Source of the DNA: Octopus vulgaris
Taxonomy: Eukaryota
DNA: 64,000 nucleotides
Direction of reading: 5' to 3'
Assembly (NCBI GenBank): GCA_951406725.2
Contig: OX597830.1
Span: 48,608,001 to 48,672,000, forward strand
Of this stretch, positions 54,666-64,000 are shown piece by piece (within the stretch, counting starts at the first letter, position 1; every line of letters starts with the position of its first letter). The notes below the pieces were generated by a model. It was not told where the DNA came from. It made no database searches and saw nothing but the letters and a program-made list of their open reading frames with translations. The position numbers were made by a program, and so were the translations under genes.

Positions 54666-57600
54666 GTATATATATAAATATATATATACAAACATACATA
54701 CGTACGTACATACATACACATATACGTACGTATATACATATTTGCATACATACACATACATGTGTATACGCATTACAAAGACATACATTTGTGTGTTTGC
54801 CAAGTGAAGCTGAATGTTACGTATTTTAGTGATATTGGTTAAATTGTGACTAAAACCTTTGTTGTATTTTAACATTAAACATCAACAACAACAAATATGG
54901 CGTCACTGTTTTATTTCCCTTTCGATTGTCTTCTTTGTTTAAAGCTATAAGAATCACTTTCTGTCTTCCATTCATCCGGACACCTTACGGTGAGTACCAA
55001 TCCTAAATTGGGTGAGTTTAAACTAACCACAATGTCACACAAAATATACGGTTCTCTGTAAAATTGAGAAAACAGTGACTGGGGATAGGTGTAAATAAAT
55101 AAACTCTCTTGCAGACGGAACTACGAGGCGGCGGTTTCAATCTCTGATTGGAACTGTTTCGCATGAGGGTAAACTATAATCATTATTTTTCAGTTTAGCC
55201 AGTCGTTGTAGGAAATATCACCATCTGGCCCATGGGTATCTTTAACGGAATCCATTCTATTGCAAGGATCTGTGCTGTCTCTGGATACCATCTTTTTTTT
55301 TTTTTTCAGTACCAGTGGTGGAGGCCCTAAACCAGTTATAGATGCAGTTCCTAGCGGAAACTGGTTCAATTTCTAGATAGAAATGTGCCATCAGAAGCTT
55401 CTCAAGATTGACATCTAACAAAAGAAACAAAAACCGTAAAAGAAATTTCGGATGTTTCACTGTTTTCGGGCTGATCTTGCTGATTGGACGACCATGTCTA
55501 CAGAGGTTAACTCACTCTAAGTAGACACCATAACTTACCGAACGTCAATTGGAATAGAAAAGGGAAATAAATTTCCAGTGAGTAAACGACAAAGCAGCGA
55601 TGTATTTCGTCTGTGTTTAGGAATGAAGTAAACTCTTTAATCGGAAGGATCCACTGTGGATTGGCAACAATTAATACGAATGAAACATAATTAGAAACGT
55701 GTAGTTGATGTAGGGAATGGAAATTTGGTAAATTTTTGAGCTTTGGTCCTTTATTGAGAAAGAGAACTAAAGTAATATTTTAGTTTTAAGTAAATATTTA
55801 TAAACCTCTATAACATATTGCAAGGATTTTTTTTACAAACTCCAATGCCTTTAACTTAAAAACCCGCGTTGTGGCAGGTTTGCCATCTCTACGCTTCAAA
55901 TTCGGAAGACAGGGTAAGTGCTTAACTGGTACACATTTTATTTACCCCGAAAGGATGACAGGCAAAGTCGACGTCGGTGGAATTTGGACTCAGAACTCGA
56001 ACAAAATGCCTATTTCTTTACTACCCACGAGGGGCTAAAGACAGAGACAAACAAGACAAACAAGGACATACAAACGGATTAAGTCGATTACATCGACCCC
56101 AGTGCGTAACTGGTACTTATTTAATCGGCTCCGAAAGGATGAAAGGCAAGGTCGACCTCGGCGGAATTTGAACTCAGAACGTAACGGCAGACGAAATACC
56201 GCTTAGCATTTCGCCCGGCATGCTAACGTTTCTGCCAGCTCGCCGCCTTAGGATAAGAAAGAATATTGATCATTGGTTGTTCATCAACATAAACCAAAAT
56301 GTTGTATTCCATGACAATCCACTGGTCACGTGAATAGCGCCCATTGACCCATGTGGCCCATTGAAATTTGATTCCCACAAAATGAAATCGAAATAATCCA
56401 GGATAAACAGATAGACTTTTTTTTTAGTTTTGTTTAGCTAGTAAGTAATTTTTCCAAAAAGTCTCCAAATGTTTAACTTCAGAATTCATGGAAAGTTGTC
56501 ACAAGAAACTTTAAAGACTGATTTTAAAGTATCCGTTTATCTAAAATATATGTATCAAACAGTCGACCATTTGTTAGCAAAGGTTGTCCTCATCATCATG
56601 ATCGTCATTATTGTTAACATTATCTCCATCACAATGGTCATCATCATCATCATCATTGTCGTCTTCATCGTTATCGTCGTCGTCGTCGTCGTCATCATCA
56701 TCATCTTCGTCATCGTGATTTCATGAGAAACGTTAGGGATTAAATATACCAACACCGGTTGTCAAGCGGTGTTGAGGGAACAGACAAAGACAAGCACACA
56801 CACACACATATATATATTCATGTATGTGTGTGTGTTTGTGTCTCTGTTTGTTCCCCCAACCGATGTTGGGGTGTTTACGTTACGTTCCTGTAACTTAACG
56901 GTTCGGCAAAAAAAGACCAATAGAATGGGTACTAGGATTTTAAAAAATAAGCCCTGGGGTCGATTTATTCGATTAAAAACCCTTCAAGGCATTGCTCCAG
57001 CATGGCCGCAGTCAAGGAAGAATGTTCATATCCTTCTAAGTGTGCATATGTCTGCATGTGTGCGAGTTTGTATACGTACATTTTTATATCTCGTATTTAT
57101 TTTTTTATAACATCGTTCTTGTATACACCAGTAGATGGTGCTGTATACTGGTTATTGTCAGCTATATAAAGTACTAGGTAGTCGAAAGGAAAGAGAAAAA
57201 GAGAAAGTGGGGAGGAGGAGGAGGAGGAGGAGGAGAAAAAGGAGGAGGAGACTGACGTAGACAAACCACGTGGTTCATATGAATGGTGGAAGTATTCCAA
57301 AGCTTCTGCTCTCAGGAGGATTATGTTCTGGGAAAAGTTCTCCTTAGAAACTGAAGTTAGAAGGACTGCCTTAAATTGGCTCTGAAGAGTAATGTTTATG
57401 CTTGAAAGTAAAGCGGTGAGCTGGCAAAATTGTTAGCAAGCTGGGCAAAATGCTTAGCGGCATTTCGCCCGTCTTTACGTTCTGAGTTCAAATTCTGCCG
57501 AGGTCGAATTTGCCTTTCATCCTTTTTGGGATCGATAAAATAAGTATCAGTTGAACACTGGATTCGATGTAATCAATTTACCCTGCCTCCTGAAATTGCT

Positions 57601-57684
57601 GGCCTTGTGCTAAAATTTGAAACCAATATTCATATGGAAAGTAATATATTTATTTTATTCTATAAGTCATGAATGGGTGATATA

Positions 57685-57886
57685 CCTTATTTTCCGGCAT
57701 ACAAGCCGGATTTTCCAGACCAAAATTCACAGTCAAAAAAGTTAGGTCGACTTATACACCAAAACGTCTTTGGAGGATAAAAAATTCCCTTTGAAATGCA
57801 GCGAGATTTGGAAAGATAGTGAAAATGTTTGAATGTCTACATGTTTACACTATATGCTATGTCGACTAATATGCCGGAAAATATGG
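57685..57886. mobile_element. Tc1/mariner-pogo-type MITE; related copy at 59951-60154
   Basis: TIRs ccttattttccggcata / tatgccggaaaatatgg preceded by TA. The second copy is of similar length and has TA on both sides. Confidence 0.7.
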
Positions 57887-60336
57887 TGTAATGAATGCGA
57901 TCGTACATTTTGAAGGGAATCGCATCAATCTTGTAAAATTAAAACAAGTTGCAAGAAAAGAAAACTGCAGAGATAGCAATATTCTTTTGCAATACTCGAC
58001 CTGTGAAGGAGTTTGTTTATTTTAGGGTGGTTTACTTTGATATTCAAGGATATATGAATCAAAAGAAGCTTGAAAGAATATAGATCGGCAGATCCCGTTA
58101 TCAATGCTGCTTTTCTATTGGTGAACGGAAAAGTTCAAGTTTGCACAAAATGCTAAATGCCATGATTCTGCATTTGATTTTGGTTCTGGTCAAAGCTGCT
58201 GCTGATGATCAACACAGCAAAAATGTCATTAACAACAATGACCATACTCATCATCGAGCAGACTTCAAACATGCATTTATACGGACATATACTTACATAT
58301 ATTTACATATACATGTATGTGTGTGGACAGTTATTTATTACAAGGGAGGTAATATTTCCTTCGTAATATTTGGTGGGATTAGAAATTTAAATTTGAAACT
58401 AAGAATTTATAAGAAAAATGATGCATAGAATTCACTTATTCATTTTTTTTCTTCTTAGCTTATTAGGAAGTTCTTGAAATTTCTAGTCAGTGATAATGAT
58501 GGACAGCACTATTTCATTCTTTTTGGAAATCATCGGCACGAAATAATATTACATTTATTAAAGCAATTTATGAAACGAGGTATATTTTATAGATAGAAAA
58601 TAAATTATAGTTTTGAAGAAATTCTTCTTTTTCTCCTCATCCTCATCCTCCTGCTTCTTCTGCTTCTTTTTCTTCTTCTTCTTCTTCTTCTTCTTCTTCT
58701 TCTTCTTCTTCTTCTTCTTCGTCATAGAACGTTAGTAGTTTAACAAACGAAAGAAAGAGACAGGTTTTTGTGTAACTGTTTTCAGAAAATTTCGTCTTGT
58801 TAATCTGTTTTAAAATAGTCAATAATTTTAGTTTTAACTACAAACAAAATTCGCAAAGCATTTTCTGCACTTATGTGCGAAAGAATCGGCCACAGATTTT
58901 TAAGCTAAATTTTTAACATTCTGCATTTGGGTTTTGCCAAGCAAAAACTATAGCAAATGCATAAATGATTTTGAATAAATTATATAATTGGTTTTGACGG
59001 GTGTTGAGCGTCATATATAAGAAGAAACAGAAAAACAAACAATACTATTGGTATATCAAAAATAAATTCATAACTACTACAGCTGTTTCAATAACAATGA
59101 AGAGAAAATACAACACGTAATTGTGTTATAATAACATTAACTCTATACATAATTATTAATGATTAACAATCATTATAATAGCCGCACTCACCAACTCGAT
59201 TCCAAGTTTCTATATATGGAACACAAACCGAGGCGGCGAGCTGACAGAGTCGTTAACAAGCTGGACGAAATACAAGCACCATTTCGTCCATCTTTACGTG
59301 CTGAGGTCGCCTTGGTCAACTTTGCCTTTCACCATTTCGGAGTCGATAAAACATGTACCAGTTGTGTACTGGTGACGATGTAATCGACCTGCATCCTTCT
59401 CTGAAACTGTTGACCTTGTGCCAAAATTTGAAACCAGTGTGGAAACAGATAGCGGCGACTGAGTTTAATCTCTGACTTCTAATAAATGAAGATAGAATTA
59501 TTTGAAGAGGAGGAGGAGGAGGAGCATTGTGGTTGCCCGCGCTGCTTGTCTTCTGCAACAAACTTCAGCAAAAATTCAAACACTCGCTATCTAAAGAGTA
59601 AGAAACAACTTTATCCGCTCGGCCATTTTAATTGTTGTGTTTAACTTATTGCTCATTAAATCTAAATTATTGTTGACAATGGAGGAAATATTCAATTGCG
59701 TTTCTCAGTAGATTCCCGTTTCGCCGGAAACAGCCAATTGACTAGTCATCAAGAAGAAACAGAAAATGAAAAGATGAGTCCAGGTTTTTCTTTTTTTTTT
59801 TTTTTTAATCTTCTTAAATTCTCATCTGTTCGTTTATTCCAATTTCTATTGCAAATCAACCAATGACAAAATTAAAATGCTGTTCTTTTAATTATCAGGT
59901 TTAACCCGTCTAATATCGGATTTATACGACTTGAAGAAAAAGAAGGCGTACTGTATTTTCCTACATAAAAGTAGAATTTTTCGGACAAAAATATGCAACC
60001 AAAAACTGGTAGGGAACTTAGGCACGAAGACGATTTTCGAGGGCTAAAAATTCCTTGCGAAACGTATCAGGCTTTGGAATGAAAACAGTATTTGAAAGTT
60101 TATGCCACATATTTCCAGTATATTCTACGTCAACTTGTATTCAGGAAAATACGCTAAGCGTTTGCTATTCTAGGAGGAATAATATTGAAAAAGTAAGAGT
60201 ATTTAGTGAAATATGAATACGGAGAGATTAGAGCACTGTGCTAGATAAAATACTGTACTCGGCTTCCGAATTCCACTGAAGTTTCAAGTTTCAACTTTAA
60301 AAAATGTTAAGGCTGAGAACCAAAGATGAAAATGGG

Positions 60337-60739
60337 TACTCTTTTACTTGCTTCAGTCATTTGACTGCGGCCATGCTGGAACACTGCCTTTAGTCGAGCA
60401 AATCGACCCCGGAACTTATTCTTTGGAAGAATAGTACTTATTTTTTCGGTCCATTTTGCCGAACTGCTAAGTTATAGGGACGTAGACACACTAGCATCGG
60501 TTGTCAAGCGATGTTGGGGTACAAACACAGACACACAAGCATATACACACACATACATATATATATACATATATACGACGGGCTTCTTTCAGTTTCCGTC
60601 CACCAAATCCACTCACAAGGCTTTGGTTGGCCCGAGGCTATAGTAGAAGACACTGGCCCAAGGTGCCACGCAGGGAAACTGAATCCGGAACCATGTGGCT
60701 GGTAAGCAAGCTACTTACCACACAGCCGCTCCTGCGCCT
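60337..60739 (-). mobile_element. SINE family B, full length
   Basis: Reverse complement of the 41193 type. Other partial copies near 10285, 10655, 16570, 32940, 35900 and 56750. Confidence 0.9.
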
Positions 60740-61007
60740 AGTTAAAAGTTTGCTTCGAAATCATGTAATTCTGGGTTTGATCAAACTGCGTGGCACTTTG
60801 GGCGAGTGCCTTCTGTAACCTCAATTGACCAATACTTTGCAAGAGGAATTTCATAGACAGAAACTGTGCAGAATCCCATCGTAGATGTATTTATGTGAGT
60901 AGGGGTGCATGTGCGTCCGTTTGCATGTGAAGGCCCGTGGTTCGAATAAAAGTTAGGACTAGGTGATTATCTGGATCCTCGTTTTAGAATGTTGTAATTC
61001 GACAACA

Positions 61008-61700
61008 GCTGGTGTGGTTAACCCTGCGACGGACTTATGGGAGTTAACCCTATGATGGACTGGTGAGGGCTAACACTACATTGGACTAGCGTGGATTAAC
61101 CCAGCAATGAACTAGCGTGGATAAAGCCCGCAATATGAGTTTCGACCTTATGAACCTGTGTTCATGTGACATACCTTAACACTGTGTGTGTGCGCGTGTG
61201 GGATGGTGGGGGTTAGCCCTACGATAGGCTAACGTAGATTAAACCTGTCTTGGATTGATGAGGTCATCTCTGTGATGGATTGGCATGGATTAATCCTACG
61301 ATAGACTGGCGGAGTTAGCCTTGCTATCAACTGGCGCGGGCTAATCGTGCGACAGACTGTGTGGGTTAATACTGCGATGAACTGGTGTGGATTAACCTTA
61401 CGTTAGAACCGGCTGGGTTATCAATGTGATGGACTGGTGGAGCTAACCCTGCAATAAACTTACGTTGCTTAATCTTGCGATGCACCGCTGTGATTTGACC
61501 ATGCAATAGACTGACGTTGGCTGAACCTGCGATGGGCTTAGAGAAGTTAACGTTGCGATGGACTGGCGTGGTCTAACCCTGAGATTTATTCGCGTCCCAT
61601 TCAGACGTGGAGGATTCACCTCTCGGTCACTTCGACGCCATGAAAATACCGGGATGATTTTCGGCCTTATGAACCTGTAGTCACGTGGCATACCTTGATA
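61008..61700 (+). repeat. Diverged 25-26-bp minisatellite (~20 units in two blocks)
   Basis: Consensus approximately TTAACCCTGCGATGGACTGGCGTGGA. Both blocks end in ttcg(a/g)ccttatgaacctgt...catacctt. Confidence 0.85.
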
Positions 61701-61750
<50 letters not shown>

Positions 61751-61796
61751 TTGTGCGTGTGAGATGATGGTGGTGGTGATGGTTGTTGTTGTTGTC

Positions 61797-61998
61797 AAGC
61801 AACAAGACGAGTAAGGGTGATTATGTGATGGTCTAGGGTTTAGGGGTCGGGAGACCCCCAGACCTTGGAAAAAAAAAAAGAACTTTGGTCGTCTTGTTGT
61901 AGTCGAGGGCTCTTCGTTGACGCCCCCGACACCACTGGGAGATGGCCCTCGAAGTCGCTGGAAATGGAGATCTCCAGGTCCAAATTCTTGAACGGCTG
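61797..61998 (-). repeat. ~200-bp dispersed structured repeat, copy 2
   Basis: Homologous end-to-end with 9587-9772. Confidence 0.8.
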
Positions 61999-62264
61999 GT
62001 CTTGGTGGTGGTGGCGGTGGTGTTGTTAGTGTTGATGTTGTTAGTGTTTCATTTCCTTCTTATTACTTTCACAAGCATCGGTAGTATTGGTAAAAACAAC
62101 AATGACGGCAGCAGCAGCAGCAGCGGTAGCAGCAGCAGCAGCGGCAGCAGCAAGAGTATGTGTAATTACATCGGTAACTGCAATAGCAACAGCATTAGCA
62201 ACAACTCAACAGTATTAGCAACAACAGCAGTATCAAAAAAAAAAAGCAGTGGCAGTAACAACTA

Positions 62265-62297
<33 letters not shown>

Positions 62298-62763
62298 AAC
62301 CACTACCGCCATCAGCACCACCATCAGCACCCTCATCCATCACCACTGCTGCCACCGCCGCCCCACCACCACCACCACTACTATAATAGCAGTAACAAAA
62401 GCAGCAAGAAGAACAAGAATAATAACAAGAATAACAACAAGAACAATAACTGCAGGAACAGAAACATTGATAACAATAGAAACAACAACAAGAATTTGCT
62501 GAAAAGGAAAACCAAAATCCATAAAGGAAGGAAAGAGAAGAAGAGAGAAGAGAGAGAGAGAGGGGGTAAGAGAGACGGGGGGGGAGAAAGAGAGAGAATG
62601 AGAAGAAAATCGAAAGAAAAGAAAGGAAAATATCAATAGAAAATAAAGTTGTATAGAATATGTGAGGTTGAGGTTGAGGGAGAGGTGTAGCGATTGAGAG
62701 GTGAAGGAGGAGAAAGAAACGGAAGTGATAAGATGAGAAAAATATAGATGGAAAGAAGAAGAC

Positions 62764-62799
<36 letters not shown>

Positions 62800-64000
62800 G
62801 GGAGGGAGTGAGAGAGAGGGGGAGAGTGAGAGAATTTAGAAAAAGTCAAAAAGACGAAGAAAGAGTGAAGGAGAGTGGTGACATTTATTCCTCAATTTCA
62901 TGAAGATTTTGAGGGCCGTTGCTTTCGTACGATTCACCACGCAAAATGTTCCCGCAATAAGCAATAGAAAACATCTGCTCTGACATTTTGTGCCTGGGAG
63001 ATTTTTCTCAGTCAATAATGGAATTATTAATAATTGATACAAGAGAAAGCACGTGTAATTGAAGTATTGGTCCAATTTCCGTTGTTTTTCCTTTGATTTT
63101 CCGTTAGATTTGCTTCAGCTCTAAACTCTCCCATTAATGTTCCTTCTTCAACAACAAGCAATGCTTGCCTGGCTTCTTCTGTTTAACAGCTTCGTATTTT
63201 TGAGCTCTAATTGTGGGATCTCCCAACACAACAGAGCTTTTCTTATCTCGTCCATTGTAAGCTTTTCTTGCAGTTAGATCACGCGGCAATAAATGTCTTC
63301 ACTCTTTTTACTCCCCTTCCTTTCCCTATTCTTTCATGAAACCTCTGTCTTTCTCTCTTTCTTTTCCTCTCACCATCTTTCTCTGTCTTCTTCTCTGTCT
63401 ATCTATCTTTCTCTCTCTCTCTCACTAACTCACTCACTCACTTTTCTTTTTTTTTTCTTTTTGAGTTTTACTATTTCCATCAAGCCAAGTCGCTACCACT
63501 TTTTCTGTTTGTATCTCCCTCTCCTCCTTTCTCTCTTTCTCTTTTCCTCTCACTGTCTTTCTCTCTGTCTATCTCTGTCTCTCTCTGTCTCTGTCTCTCT
63601 GTCTCTCTCTCTCCCTCCCTCTCTCGCACATACTCACTCACTCACTCTCTCTTTGTTTTTTTTTTCCTTTCTGAGGCTCACTATTTCCATCAAACCAAGT
63701 CGTTACCACTTTTCTATCTTCCCTCTCCCTTTCCTCCTCTCTCTCTCTTTCTCTCTCTCTCTTTCTCTCTCTCTCTATCTCTTTCTCCTCATTCTCTCTC
63801 TCTCTTTCTATTTCTCTCTCCCTTTGTTTCTCCTTCTCTTTTACTCATCGCACTTAATAGAAATGCCCGGGTGAGGGTAAGTGAGGCGAAATCTATGTAA
63901 AGGACGGAGAACATTGAGGTGAGGTATATAGCGAGGGTGGAGGTGACAACGGCCGATGTAACAATACAATAATTGTTGTCAAAAATTAAAGGAAAAGATG

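Noticed and set aside
61008-61600. CRISPR-like periodicity
   Set aside because: The units are contiguous and degenerate, with no unique spacers or cas genes, and the context is eukaryotic.

Overview
AT-rich animal DNA saturated with microsatellites. The SINE families and repeat landscape suggest an octopus (coleoid cephalopod); this is an inference. The only host gene I can support is a rough (ro)-type homeobox gene on the + strand. Its homeodomain exon (2548-2782) is phase-compatible with a terminal exon at 49955-50093 across a ~47.2 kb intron, and earlier exon(s) probably lie 5' of the window. Most of the remainder is mobile DNA: several tRNA-derived SINE families, R4/Dong-like RLE LINEs sitting in (TAA)n, RTE, L1/Tx1 and Tc1 relics, and MITEs. 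The most striking signal is a set of type-I hammerhead ribozyme motifs in Penelope-like fragments, repeatedly arranged as head-to-head palindromes. These include a near-perfect 869-bp palindrome with twin long-stem-II hammerheads and a 297-bp palindrome whose hammerhead carries a compensatory G3:C8 core. Nearly all ORFs in the supplied track are microsatellite artefacts.
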